A DNA stretch of 64,000 nt from Holophagales bacterium (GCA_009845425.1 VXZQ01000004.1:140585-204584); one strand, 5' to 3'; shown: positions 27,365-37,365, counted from the first letter of the stretch. The notes: generated by a model from the letters alone, not told the origin. Translations and numbers: made by a program.

Positions 27365-29323
27365 ATGTACACTCGACTCCAGACCATGACACCAACCCGG
27401 AAGGCGCGACGGTCCGGAGACGGCATCAGCCGCCGCGACTTTCTTTCCGGGATTCCCGTCGCCCTGACCGGCGCCGCCCTGGCCTGCCGGGACGTGCCCG
27501 CGTTCCAGCGGGAGATCGAACGCGAGAGCACGGCGGCCTATCCGCCGCTGCGCACGGGGATGCGCGGCTCCCACCCCGGCTCGTTCGAAGTCGCGCACGA
27601 ACTGGTCCAGGAGGGGCGGGAGTGGACGGCCACCGAAACCGGCGAAGCGTATGACCTGGTGGTCGTGGGCGCCGGCATCTCGGGACTGGCGGCCGCGCAC
27701 TACTTCTCGAAGCAGGCGGGCCCGGACGCTCGCGTGCTGCTGCTCGACAACCACGACGACTTCGGCGGCCACGCGAAGCGCAACGAGTTCCGGCTCGACG
27801 GGCGGACCTACCTGATGAGCGGCGGCACCCTGTACGTCGAGGCGCCCTCCCAGTACGGGGACATCGCGGGGGGCCTCCTCGAGGAGATCGGGATCGACCG
27901 CGGGCGCTACTACGAGTCCGTCGCCTCGGTAGCGGACACGTACGAGAACCTGGGGCTTGAGCAGGGCATGTTCTTCGACCGCGAGACATTCGGCACGGAC
28001 GTGCTGGTTGCCGGTGTCGGGAGTCGCCCCTTCGCCGAGTTTCTCGCCGACACGCCACTGTCGGAGGCGGTCCGGGCCGATCTGATCCGGCTCCACGGCG
28101 AGGAGCAGCCGGACTACCTGCCGGACCTCTCGCCGGGCGGGAAGAAGGCGTACCTTGCCACGATCAGCTACAGGGACTTTCTCCTCGAACACGCGAAATG
28201 CGATCCGGGGGTGATCCGGTTCTTCGACCACCGGCCCAAGAGCATCTACTGCACCGGAATCGACGCCTACCCGGCACGCTACGCCTGGGAGGAGGGCCTG
28301 CCCGGCTTCTCGGGCATGGAGATTCCGGAGACGCCCCCGGATCTGCTGGCGGACGAGCCGGGCGGCCAGCACGGCCGGGAGAACCAGGCGCGGGCGTACG
28401 AAGGAGATCCCGACGTCTACTTCCCGGACGGAAACGCCACGATCGCCCGGCTCCTCGTGCGCGGGCTTGTTCCGGGCAGCGTCCCGGGATCGACCATGGA
28501 GGATGTCGTCACGGCGCCGCTCGACTACGGGATGCTGGATCGGGCGGGGAACCGCACCCGGATCCGGCTGTCCTCGACGGTGATTCGCGTCGAGCCCGGG
28601 CAGGGCGGCCCGGCCCGGGTCACCTACGTCCGGGACGACCGGGGGCACACCGTCACGGCCGGAAGGGTCATTCTCGCCTGCTGGCACAACATCGTTCCTC
28701 ATCTGGTTCCCGAACTGCCGGAATCCCAGCGGGACGCCCTGACCTGGCCGGTCAAGTCGCCGCTCCAGTACACGAGCGTGCTGCTACGGAACTGGCGCGC
28801 CTTCGCCGAGGCCGGCGTCTCTTACATCGAGGCCCCGGGCGGCTACCACACCTCGGTGGGGCTCGCCGAGCAGCTTTCGCTCGGGGACTACCGGACGTCG
28901 ACCTCGCCGGACGAGCCCCTGGTGATCTCGATGTACCGCTATCCGTGCGAGCCGGGCCTGTCCCGGCGCGAGCAGCACCGAGCCGGCCGGATGGAACTTC
29001 TCCGGACCACGTTCGAGACCGTGGAAGCCAACATCCGGGACCAGCTCAACCGGATGCTCGGCCCAAGCGGTTTCGACGACCAGCGCGACATCGCGGCGAT
29101 CACGGCCAACCGCTGGCCGCACGGCTACACCTACACCTACAACCCGCTTTTTGATCCGCCGGAGTGGGCCTTCGAGGCGGGCGACGACCGGCCCGTGGTG
29201 ACGGCGCGGCAACCCTTCGGCCGGGTCGCCATCGCCGGCGCCGACGCCGCCGCGAGCCCCCACACGGACGCGGCGATCCGCGAGGCTCACCGGGCCGTGA
29301 AGGAGGTGCTCGCGGCGGACTGA
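27365..29323 (+). CDS. Tat-exported NAD(P)/FAD-binding oxidoreductase, spermidine-dehydrogenase (SpdH)-like.
   Basis: Tat motif ISRRDFLSG, then YDLVVVGAGISGLAAAHYF...LLLDNHDDFGGHAKRNEF, a block I associate with the SpdH-like family. Confidence 0.65.
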   Translation: MYTRLQTMTPTRKARRSGDGISRRDFLSGIPVALTGAALACRDVPAFQREIERESTAAYPPLRTGMRGSHPGSFEVAHELVQEGREWTATETGEAYDLVVVGAGISGLAAAHYFSKQAGPDARVLLLDNHDDFGGHAKRNEFRLDGRTYLMSGGTLYVEAPSQYGDIAGGLLEEIGIDRGRYYESVASVADTYENLGLEQGMFFDRETFGTDVLVAGVGSRPFAEFLADTPLSEAVRADLIRLHGEEQPDYLPDLSPGGKKAYLATISYRDFLLEHAKCDPGVIRFFDHRPKSIYCTGIDAYPARYAWEEGLPGFSGMEIPETPPDLLADEPGGQHGRENQARAYEGDPDVYFPDGNATIARLLVRGLVPGSVPGSTMEDVVTAPLDYGMLDRAGNRTRIRLSSTVIRVEPGQGGPARVTYVRDDRGHTVTAGRVILACWHNIVPHLVPELPESQRDALTWPVKSPLQYTSVLLRNWRAFAEAGVSYIEAPGGYHTSVGLAEQLSLGDYRTSTSPDEPLVISMYRYPCEPGLSRREQHRAGRMELLRTTFETVEANIRDQLNRMLGPSGFDDQRDIAAITANRWPHGYTYTYNPLFDPPEWAFEAGDDRPVVTARQPFGRVAIAGADAAASPHTDAAIREAHRAVKEVLAAD

Positions 29324-29425
29324 CGGACGGCCCGCGAGTAGTACCCTTCCTCGCGGTGCTTCTGCAGCCGGGCCGGTAGGCGAGCCGCCGCATCGTGAGA
29401 GACCATGTACTTCCGCCGGTGAACC

Positions 29426-30883
29426 ATGAACAGTTGGCATGCTACGGGCCTGCAAGCGCTGGCCCTCGTTCCACTTGCAGCGCTGGCCCTGGCGTGCGGC
29501 ACCGGTCCTGAGCCGGCGCTCGAGCCGGCGGCCGAGGCACCGCGACGCGTCTTCCTGATCACGGTCGATACGCTGCGCGCCGATCACCTGGGCTGGCATG
29601 GCTATCCCCGGGACACGAGTCCGCGGCTCGACGAATGGGTCGAGCGGGGAGTCGTCTTCGAGCGGGCGATCGTCCAGTGGCCGAAGACCGGACCGTCCTT
29701 CGCGTCGATGTTCACCAGCCTCTACCCGCACACGACCGGACTGATCAACACGGCCGCGCAGACGATCCCCGACGACTACGTCGCGTTGCCGGCCTGGTTC
29801 CAGGAACGCGGCTTCACGACGGCGGCCGTGATCTCCAACCCGGTGCTGAGCCGGGAACTCGGCTGGGGCCGCGGCTTCGACCGCTACGAGCAGACCTGGG
29901 TAGATCAGGCGACCCTGGACGCCGTCGACGAACTTCCTGTCGAGCAGCGACCGATGGCGTTCCGGCGTCACGTGTGGGCCGACCGCGTGAACGAACTCGC
30001 CCGGCCCCTGCTGGCCTCACTGGTATCCGAGGAGCGGCTGTTCGTCTGGCTGCACTACACCGACCCGCACGTCCCCTACCTGCTCCAGCCCGGCACCCGG
30101 AATCCGTTTCTGGACGACGAACACTATGTCGGCGACGAAATCGTTGACTTGACGGGTGCGGAGGGACGCGCGCTCGGCGACCACCGGGAACTCCGCTACT
30201 ACGTGGCCCAGTACGACGCGAATGTGTGGGTCACGGATCGCGCGATCGGCGCCATGCTGGACGAGATTGCCGCCCTCGGCATGGAGGACGGGAGCCTGTT
30301 CGTGGTGACCGCCGACCACGGCGAGGAACTGAACGAGCACGGGGTGCCTTTCGAACACGGTCCGGTGCCCTACAACAGCAGCGTCCACGTGCCGCTGGTC
30401 CTCGTCGGCGAGCCCTGGGTCGACACGGGCGCACGCGTCGAGCAGCCGGTCGAGTTGATCGGCCTCTTCCCCACCCTGGTCGAGTTGCTGGGAGAACCGA
30501 TGCCCGAGGGCTTCGAGGGCCGCAGCTGGGCACCTCTGCTGCGGGGACAGCTCCAGGCCGACGAAGCCCAGACCGGCGCCGATTCGGATCCGATCGCCTA
30601 CGCCGATGCCGGGGCCTACCAGCGTCACCTGCGGAGCATCCAGGACGGTGAGTGGCAACTCGTCCTGCGTCCGCCGAACCGGGACCATGAGAAGCCGACG
30701 ATCGAGCTCTACCACCTGCCGTCCGACCCGCTGCAACTCAAGGACGTGGCCTCCGAGTTTCCGGATGTCATGGACCGGCTCGGTCGACGCCTGAGCAGAT
30801 GGATCCGCGATTCGCCGCAGAACGTCACGCCGCACACCGAGGCCGCGCGCAAGGCGCTCGAAGCGATGGGCTACCTGGAGTGA
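29426..30883 (+). CDS. Sulfatase-like (alkaline-phosphatase superfamily) lipoprotein hydrolase/transferase. It lacks the formylglycine Cys/Ser-x-P-x-R motif.
   Basis: Lipobox LALAC. VFLITVDTLRADHLG...WPKTGPSFASMFTSLYPHTTG aligns to the sulfatase signature, but with Thr in place of Cys and Phe in place of Arg. ADHGEELNEHG is also present. Confidence 0.75.
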   Translation: MNSWHATGLQALALVPLAALALACGTGPEPALEPAAEAPRRVFLITVDTLRADHLGWHGYPRDTSPRLDEWVERGVVFERAIVQWPKTGPSFASMFTSLYPHTTGLINTAAQTIPDDYVALPAWFQERGFTTAAVISNPVLSRELGWGRGFDRYEQTWVDQATLDAVDELPVEQRPMAFRRHVWADRVNELARPLLASLVSEERLFVWLHYTDPHVPYLLQPGTRNPFLDDEHYVGDEIVDLTGAEGRALGDHRELRYYVAQYDANVWVTDRAIGAMLDEIAALGMEDGSLFVVTADHGEELNEHGVPFEHGPVPYNSSVHVPLVLVGEPWVDTGARVEQPVELIGLFPTLVELLGEPMPEGFEGRSWAPLLRGQLQADEAQTGADSDPIAYADAGAYQRHLRSIQDGEWQLVLRPPNRDHEKPTIELYHLPSDPLQLKDVASEFPDVMDRLGRRLSRWIRDSPQNVTPHTEAARKALEAMGYLE

Positions 30884-31785
30884 CGGAGGACGAGGCAGGG
30901 CCTCGGCCGTTCACGATCGAGCGCGTCAGCGTCATCATCCCCTGCCTGAACGCCGAGGAGACCCTGGACGCGCAGCTCGAAGCGCTCCGCCGGCAGACCT
31001 GGCGGGGCGAGATCGAGGTGCTGGTCGCGGACAACGGGTCGACCGACGGTTCGGTCGAACTCGCCGCGTCCTGGCGCGACCGGCTGCCCGGCCTGCGCGT
31101 CCTGCAAGCCGCCGAGCGCAAGGGACCGGCGCACGCCAGGAACGTCGCCGCGGCGGCAGCCACCGGCGACGTCCTTCTCTTCTGTGACGCGGACGACGAA
31201 GTCGCCGAAGGCTGGATCGACGGCCTCGTGCCTGAACTGGAGCGCCATGAGGCCGCGGCGAGCCGCCACGAGATCGAGCGTCTGAACGACGAACAGGCGC
31301 GACGGTTGCACGGCGACGCCGCGCAGCAGCACGGCCTGTGCAGCTACACGAACCCGCCCTTCCTCGACCACGCCGGCGGTTGCGGGCTGGGCGTACGACG
31401 CCACGTCTTCGAAGAGCTCGGCGGTTTCGACGAGGAGTACGTTGCGCTGGAGGACACCGATCTGTGCTGGCGTCTTCAACTCGGCGGCTACAGCCTCGTC
31501 TTCGCGCCCGAGGCGATCGTCCACGTGCGGTTCCCGGCGACCCTCGCGGACGCCTTCCGCCAGGCGGCACGCTACGGCCAGTACAACGTGTACATCTACA
31601 CGCGGTACCGCTCGCGCGGCATGCCGCGGCTTCCCGCACTGCCAGGGCTGCTGCGACTCGGCTCGCTGCTGCTGCGAACGCCGCAGCTCCTGTCGAGATT
31701 CGCCCGCGGCCGCTTCGTCTGGCTCGCCGGCTGGCGGCTGGGCCGGCTCCGGGGCTGCCTGCGCTACCGTAGCCTCGCGTTGTAG
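30880..31785 (+). CDS. Family 2 glycosyltransferase.
   Basis: VSVIIPCLNAEETLDAQLEAL...VADNGSTDGS...LFCDADDEV. The GTG at 30880 overlaps the sulfatase-like stop (GTGA). Confidence 0.85.
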   Translation: MTEDEAGPRPFTIERVSVIIPCLNAEETLDAQLEALRRQTWRGEIEVLVADNGSTDGSVELAASWRDRLPGLRVLQAAERKGPAHARNVAAAAATGDVLLFCDADDEVAEGWIDGLVPELERHEAAASRHEIERLNDEQARRLHGDAAQQHGLCSYTNPPFLDHAGGCGLGVRRHVFEELGGFDEEYVALEDTDLCWRLQLGGYSLVFAPEAIVHVRFPATLADAFRQAARYGQYNVYIYTRYRSRGMPRLPALPGLLRLGSLLLRTPQLLSRFARGRFVWLAGWRLGRLRGCLRYRSLAL

Positions 31786-31795
31786 CCGGTAACCC

Positions 31796-33259
31796 GTGGA
31801 ACAGAGCCCGCACCAAGATCCGGCCGCTCCGGTCGCCGGAGCAAAGCAGCGGCTGCTGCATTCGACGTTCAGTGCGTATGTCACCCTGTTCGTCCGGCTG
31901 ATCATCGCCTTCGGCACCCGGTACGTACTGGCCCGTCTGATCCTGCCCGCGGAACTCGGGATCTACGAGCAGGCGCTACGCGTCGTAGTGCTCCTCTCGG
32001 CCGCCCGCGATCTCGGGCTTACCCACCAGTTGATGCGGGACCCGCGCGAGTCCTACGGCACGGTGCTGGCCTGGAGCGCCGGCGTCGGCACACTGCTGTC
32101 ACTGATCCTCGTCGCCGGCGCTGGCCTCTTCTCCTACGAACCCGACCTGCCCCAGGTGCTGCGGGCCATGTCGGTCTGGATCGTGATCGACGCGGTCATC
32201 ATGGTCTACCGGACGTACTTCGAACGCCGGCTTGTGATCCGCGACATCGCCGGCTTCGAAGTGCTTCGCGCACTGCTGTTCGGTGTCCTGGCAGCTCTGC
32301 TGGCGCTCAACGGCGCAGGAGTCTGGTCGTTCGTCGGCGGCGAACTGGCGTCCTCGGCAGCCTTTGCCCTGTTCCTGCTGTGGCGGGCCCGAGGGCGGAT
32401 TCCCCTGACCCTGGACCCGCGGCGAATCCCCGCCCTGCTGCGGGCGAGCCGCTACCTGTTCGTGGTCTGGGTCGCGTTCCAGGTCTTCAACTACGTCGAC
32501 TACTACATCGTCAGGTACTTCTCGTCGAGCGAGGTCGTCGGCTACTACGCCCAGGCCTACTGGCTCGCCTTCCTGGTTCCGCTCACGCTGACCGTCCGTC
32601 CGCTACTGCCCGCCCTCGTCGAGTTCCGGCATGACAAGGCCGAGTTCGCCGAAACGCTACGTCTCGGAACGCTCGTCTTCCTGTCCGGGATCGTCCTCGC
32701 CGCCTACTTCCTGTTCTTCAACATCGAGAAGGTCGTCCTCCTGCTGTTCGGCGAGGCGTGGACCGAGGTCGGTCCGCTGCTGCGCATCCTGTGCCTGGTA
32801 CCGCTCGTCGATGTCTTCACGACCACCGGCGGCGAGGCGCTCAAGGTGCAGAGGCGGGACCGGCTGTGGCTCACGACCGTGGTCCTGAACATGACGGCCC
32901 TGATCGCCCTCGGCCTCCTCTTCACCTACCAGTGGGGACCGATCGGGATGGCCTGGGCGAACTTCGCCCGTCTCGGAAGCCTGCTCATGCTGATCAAGAT
33001 CTTCGGCATCTTCGCCGGACAGAGACGAAAGCTGGTCCTGAGCCTGGCTCAGGTCTATCTCCTGCCGCTGCCCTTCTTCCTCGCCGCTGCGGCTCTGCTG
33101 CCAGCGGACAGTTGGTCGAGGTTCGTTGCCAGCGCAGCGGCGGCCGGGCTCGGCGCAGGTGCGCTTCTGTTTCGCTTCCTGCCGGACTACCGGCGGTTCT
33201 TCCGCCGGGCGGGGGCGGCGCCGGACGCGGGTAACGCGGACATCGGGACGACCTCGTGA
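31796..33259 (+). CDS. Polysaccharide/oligosaccharide flippase (Wzx-like, MOP superfamily).
   Basis: 487 aa and about 12-14 hydrophobic segments. It sits in a glycan cluster between a GT2 and a GT-C-like protein. Confidence 0.7.
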   Translation: MEQSPHQDPAAPVAGAKQRLLHSTFSAYVTLFVRLIIAFGTRYVLARLILPAELGIYEQALRVVVLLSAARDLGLTHQLMRDPRESYGTVLAWSAGVGTLLSLILVAGAGLFSYEPDLPQVLRAMSVWIVIDAVIMVYRTYFERRLVIRDIAGFEVLRALLFGVLAALLALNGAGVWSFVGGELASSAAFALFLLWRARGRIPLTLDPRRIPALLRASRYLFVVWVAFQVFNYVDYYIVRYFSSSEVVGYYAQAYWLAFLVPLTLTVRPLLPALVEFRHDKAEFAETLRLGTLVFLSGIVLAAYFLFFNIEKVVLLLFGEAWTEVGPLLRILCLVPLVDVFTTTGGEALKVQRRDRLWLTTVVLNMTALIALGLLFTYQWGPIGMAWANFARLGSLLMLIKIFGIFAGQRRKLVLSLAQVYLLPLPFFLAAAALLPADSWSRFVASAAAAGLGAGALLFRFLPDYRRFFRRAGAAPDAGNADIGTTS

Positions 33260-34809
33260 CCGATCGCCGGGCCTTGCGGCTCCTGGGAGCGTCGGTGGCA
33301 GCCCTGCCGCTGCTGACCCTGCTGTTCCTCCCGGTCCGCACGATCGACGACGCCTTCATCACGTTCCGCTACGCCCGCCACCTTGCCGACGGCAACGGCC
33401 TGGTGTTCAACGTCGGCGAGCGCGTAGAAGGGGTCACCAGCCTGTCGTGGACCCTGCTGCTGGCGTTCGTCGAAGCGCTGCGTCTGCCGGTCGAGCCGGC
33501 GGCGTTCGCGCTCGGCGTGTCGTTCGCCCTGCTGGCACTACGCGAGGCATACCTGCTGGGCCGCGGCCTCGGCGCCTCACCGGCAGCCTGTCTGGCCGCG
33601 GTCGCCCTGGTGGCGGTCCATGGCCGTTTCTGGCTCGTCGCCGCCAACGGCCTGGAGGGCGGTCTGTTCGCGTTCCTCGTCGTCCTAGTGGCGCGCAAGA
33701 CCGTCGAGGAAGCCGAGACGAGGCTGATCGGCGCCCTCCTGGGACTGCTCTTCATGACCCGGCCGGAAAGCCTGGTCCTCCTCCCGATCGTTGCCGGCTA
33801 TCAGTTGCTGGGAACGTCCGAATCCGCCGAGAGGACGGAAGCGCGTACCCGAGCCGTCACCCTTTCGGTTGCGGCTCTCGCGATCGTCGGGGCCGTCACG
33901 ATCTGGCGGCTCGGCTACTACGGCGCCCTCCTGCCCAACTCGGTGGCCGCAAAGTCCGCGGTCTCGGCCGGAACCGAGACGCTGCTGGCGAATCTGGTGT
34001 CGGGCCTGTCCTACAGCGTCCGCTTCGAGATCGCGCACGCGCCCCTGATCCTCGGCGCCGCAATCGCACTCATCTTGAGGCCCACGAACCGGGCCCTGTG
34101 GTTCTGCTTGCTGGTCGTCGTGTCGGAGTTGCCGGCAGTGTTCGTGAACGGCGGCGACTGGATGCCCCACTACAGGCTCCTCATGGTCTTCGTACCGGTG
34201 CTGGCGGCCCCGCTGGCCCTCTGCCTCTCGAGTGCGTTCGAGGACTGGGACATGCCGGGCCCCGCCAGACGGCGCTCAGCCTGGGTGCTCGCCGTGCTGT
34301 CCGTGAGCGCCGTCTTCATGCTCAGCCGCAGTCCCTGGCAGACCACACCCGGCCCGCGCTTCACCTTCCATCCGATCACGAGCTGCTACCAGTTCATGGC
34401 GACCCGCCTGAAGCCCCACCTTGCGCCCGGCGACGTCGCCGCCGCCGAAGCGATCGGGCTCTTCGGCTGGATCCTCGACGAAACGACGATCCACGATCCT
34501 CTCGGCCTGACCTCCACTCATCACGCTCGCCACGGCGAGTACCACCTGAACTGGGGCAAGACCGACTACGACCATCTCCACCAGGTCCGCCCCGCGGTCC
34601 TCGTGCTCCACGAGGGCTCGGTGGTGACCCCCGGGAAGATCGACCGCGGCACCGACGGCCACTTCGCCCGCGACTACTCCGCCTGGTTCGTGAGCCAGCA
34701 GCCGCCCTGCGCACCGTACCGGCTCATCGTCTACATCGACAACGAGCGCCTGGAGCACCTTCGCCCGGCGCTCGCCGGCCTGGTCATCGAGCCCCTGCCG
34801 GCCGGGTAG
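33256..34809 (+). CDS. Polytopic membrane protein, GT-C-type glycosyltransferase/polymerase-like.
   Basis: An acidic motif lies right after TM1 ([32 protein letters not shown]), followed by many TM segments and a soluble C-terminal domain. The GTGA overlaps the flippase stop. Confidence 0.5.
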   Translation: MTDRRALRLLGASVAALPLLTLLFLPVRTIDDAFITFRYARHLADGNGLVFNVGERVEGVTSLSWTLLLAFVEALRLPVEPAAFALGVSFALLALREAYLLGRGLGASPAACLAAVALVAVHGRFWLVAANGLEGGLFAFLVVLVARKTVEEAETRLIGALLGLLFMTRPESLVLLPIVAGYQLLGTSESAERTEARTRAVTLSVAALAIVGAVTIWRLGYYGALLPNSVAAKSAVSAGTETLLANLVSGLSYSVRFEIAHAPLILGAAIALILRPTNRALWFCLLVVVSELPAVFVNGGDWMPHYRLLMVFVPVLAAPLALCLSSAFEDWDMPGPARRRSAWVLAVLSVSAVFMLSRSPWQTTPGPRFTFHPITSCYQFMATRLKPHLAPGDVAAAEAIGLFGWILDETTIHDPLGLTSTHHARHGEYHLNWGKTDYDHLHQVRPAVLVLHEGSVVTPGKIDRGTDGHFARDYSAWFVSQQPPCAPYRLIVYIDNERLEHLRPALAGLVIEPLPAG

Positions 34810-34815
34810 GACCGC

Positions 34816-35793
34816 TCAGCCGGCCTGCAACCGCCGGCGCAACCAGATCGAGCCGAAGTGGGTGTCGTAGTCCTCCAACTCGACCGGGCGGTAGCCGGGA
34901 ATCGTCCGCTCCAGGAAGGGCTCGTCGAAGTGGCGGATCATCGGCGCGGAGAGCACGACCTCGAACTCTCGATTGAAGCTCAGGAAGGCCTGCAGCACCA
35001 TCGCTTCCGTGCGGTAGAGCGGCCACTTGGCCCGGAAGACGTACTGTTCGGCCGGGTAGGGCGTGTTGTACGGGAAATGGATGTCGTGCACGTGGACCAC
35101 GACGCCCGGCCGCAGCCGCGGCAGCACCTCGAGAAACAGGAACGCCACGTCGCCGCCGAGTTTCAGCACGTGGGTCGAGTCGATGAACAGCACGTCGCCC
35201 GCGTCGAGAGTGTCAAAGAGCCCGAGGTCCGTGGCTTCGACCCTTGAGACGACCGCGTTCACGACCGGCTCCTCCAGTTCGTTCAGCCGCCCGGTCGGGA
35301 ACGGATCGACGCAGGTCATCTCGCACGAACTGCCGTCGCGGCCATTCGCCTTGGCAGCCAGCCACGCGTAGTAGGTCGAGAGACCGGACCCGATCTCGAC
35401 GTATCGCGCCGGCCGCAGATCCCTCACCATGAGGTACGTCGTCAGAGCGTCGATGACCGGGAATCCGGGGCCATACCCCAGTGCCCGGATCTCGCTGTGC
35501 GCTGGCAACGCGTCGAACTCGCCGCCATGTACGTCGATCAACGCCGACAGCAGCGCTGTCATCGCGTCCAGGTCGTAGTCGACTCCGACCAACTCGCTCG
35601 GCCGGTCCCACGACTCTCGGGACTCCGCCACCTCTGACAGCACCGGCAACGGCGAGTAGAAGTCGGCCGTGCGCGCCACGTTCCACCCCAACCGCCGCAG
35701 GGCGGCAAACAGGGCCGCGTGCAACCGGCGGTAGATCGTTCTAAGCACCTTGACCATCGAACGCCGACGATAGCCCGTTCGGTATCTCGCCAA
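34816..35793 (-). CDS. Class I SAM-dependent methyltransferase (polysaccharide-cluster type).
   Basis: YVEIGSGLSTYY is a SAM-binding motif I-like block, and DVLFIDSTH is also present. The start may instead be the internal ATG at 35757. Confidence 0.6.
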   Translation of the reverse strand: MARYRTGYRRRSMVKVLRTIYRRLHAALFAALRRLGWNVARTADFYSPLPVLSEVAESRESWDRPSELVGVDYDLDAMTALLSALIDVHGGEFDALPAHSEIRALGYGPGFPVIDALTTYLMVRDLRPARYVEIGSGLSTYYAWLAAKANGRDGSSCEMTCVDPFPTGRLNELEEPVVNAVVSRVEATDLGLFDTLDAGDVLFIDSTHVLKLGGDVAFLFLEVLPRLRPGVVVHVHDIHFPYNTPYPAEQYVFRAKWPLYRTEAMVLQAFLSFNREFEVVLSAPMIRHFDEPFLERTIPGYRPVELEDYDTHFGSIWLRRRLQAG

Positions 35794-35981
35794 TCGCCAT
35801 CCAGAGCGTCAGCGGTATGGACGGCAGGCGGCCGTTGCGCGCGACCCGGAGGGAAGGCGCGAAAACATCGCTCGATTCTCCGTTTATCTCACCAAAAAAT
35901 CGCACATGCTCCTGTAGTCTCCTCGTTCGGTGACCTGGCATGCCCTATGAATCGCGGTGAGACTCCTCGCAGAGGTGCCCG

Positions 35982-37365
35982 GTGATCGGCCCCGCGGGAG
36001 TCCTCCAGGAACGTCCGAAGACAACAACGCCGTCCCGAAGCCTCGATCAGACGATCGAGGCCGCCGTGCGCAACCTCCTGAGGAGTCGCAAGGAGGATGG
36101 TCACTGGCGCTTTGAGCTTGAGGGCGACACGATCCTCGAGTCGGAATACGTTCTGCTGCTCTGCTTCCTCGGCCGCGCAGACGATCCGAGAATCGCCGCC
36201 TGCTGCCGGCGCCTGCGCAGGCAACAGCTAGCAACAGGCGGCTGGGCGACCTACCCAGGAGGACGGGTCGACCCAAGCATGTCCGTCAAGGCCTACCTGT
36301 GCCTGAAGCTCGCCGGCAACGACCCGCGTTCGCCGCATATGGCCGCGGCACGCCGCGCGATCCTCGGCGCGGGAGGGCTGCGTGCCTGCAACTCGTACAC
36401 GAAGTTGTACTTGGCGATCTTCGGCCTGTGGCGCTGGCGGCATGCGCCGGCGGTGCCCCCGGAGATGATCCTCCTGCCGCGGTGGTTCTGCTTCAACATC
36501 TACGACATGTCTTCCTGGTTCAAGCTCAACTGCAGGAACTCGAACGGTTCGAGATCGAGGAGGCCGGGGAGATCCGACTCCAGCCTTGCCTGTCGCCGGT
36601 CTGGGACACGACACTGACGGTGAACGCGTTGCTCGATGCCGGTGTGGATGACGGGAAAGCCCCGATTCAGGAAGCTCTGGAGTGGCTGCTGGACCGGGAG
36701 ATCTCGGTCGCGGGCGATTGGCGCCAGAACGCGATGATCGATCCGAGCACGCCGGACATCACCTCTCGAGGCATCCGTGCCCTGCTTGCCGCGGGACTCG
36801 ATCCGCGGGAGGCGCCGGTCAGGAGGGCCGCCGGGTACCTGCTGCGGGAGCAGGAGGAGGACGGAAGCTGGCCCGGACGCTGGGGGGCCAATCACATCTA
36901 CGGGACCGGGCTTTCGCTCCGGGCCTTGGGTGAGCTCGCCGCCGCGGCGACACGCGACCGCTCCGACGCCCTGGCGCGGGCGTTGAGGCGTGGCCGGAGC
37001 TGGCTGCTCCGGGTCCAGAACGGAGACGGCGGGTGGGGCGAGTCGCTCCGTTCCTACGAGGATCCGACCGCCACGGGGGCGGGGACAGCACCGCGTCCCA
37101 GACGGCCTGGGCAATGCTGGGCCTGAGCGCGACCGCCGAAGCGCGGCCGGAACCGCGCGAAGCCGGTCCGGCTCGCTTGGCGTTGGACCGCGTCGCCGCC
37201 TTCCTTCAGGAGCGTCAACGGGAGGACGGTTCCTGGTACGACCATTGGTGGACCGGGGTCGGGTTTCCGGGAGTCTTCTATCTCCGATACCACGGCTACG
37301 CCCAGTACTTTCCGCTCGCGGCGCTCGCTGAGTATCGCCGTCTTCGATCAGGGAGCCGGAGATGA
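35982..37365 (+). pseudogene. shc: Squalene-hopene cyclase remnant: three reading frames, two large internal deletions, and the DxDD catalytic motif absent.
   Basis: - Frame 0 (35982 to about 36510) reads DGHWRFELEGDTILESEYVLLLCFLG...NSYTKLYLAIFG...PPEMILLPRWFCFNIYDMSSW.
- Frame 2 (about 36520 to 37080) reads QPCLSPVWDTTLTVNALLDAG...WLLDREISVAGDW...DGSWPGRWGANHIYGTG...QNGDGGWGES.
- Frame 1 (about 37080 to 37365) reads STASQTAWAMLGL...EDGSWYDHWWTGVGFPGVFYLRYHGYAQYFPLAALAEY.
- The total is about 1.38 kb, against roughly 1.9-2 kb for intact shc genes. Confidence 0.85.

Noticed and set aside
27335-28702. The N-terminal 456 codons of the 935-aa minus-strand ORF (25895..28702).
   Set aside because: They are antisense to the SpdH-like gene. 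The recognisable amine-oxidase sequence with a Tat signal starts only at the ATG at 27334.
35936-35951. A sigma-54-like TGGCAT-N5-ATGAA upstream of shc.
   Set aside because: The downstream element does not match TTGCW, and no enhancer-binding-protein gene is nearby. It is probably chance.
37073-37085. The second frame change in shc as a programmed frameshift.
   Set aside because: It lies in a G-run with no slippery heptamer or downstream structure that I could see. Given the two large deletions elsewhere in the gene, decay or a homopolymer sequencing error is the simpler explanation.
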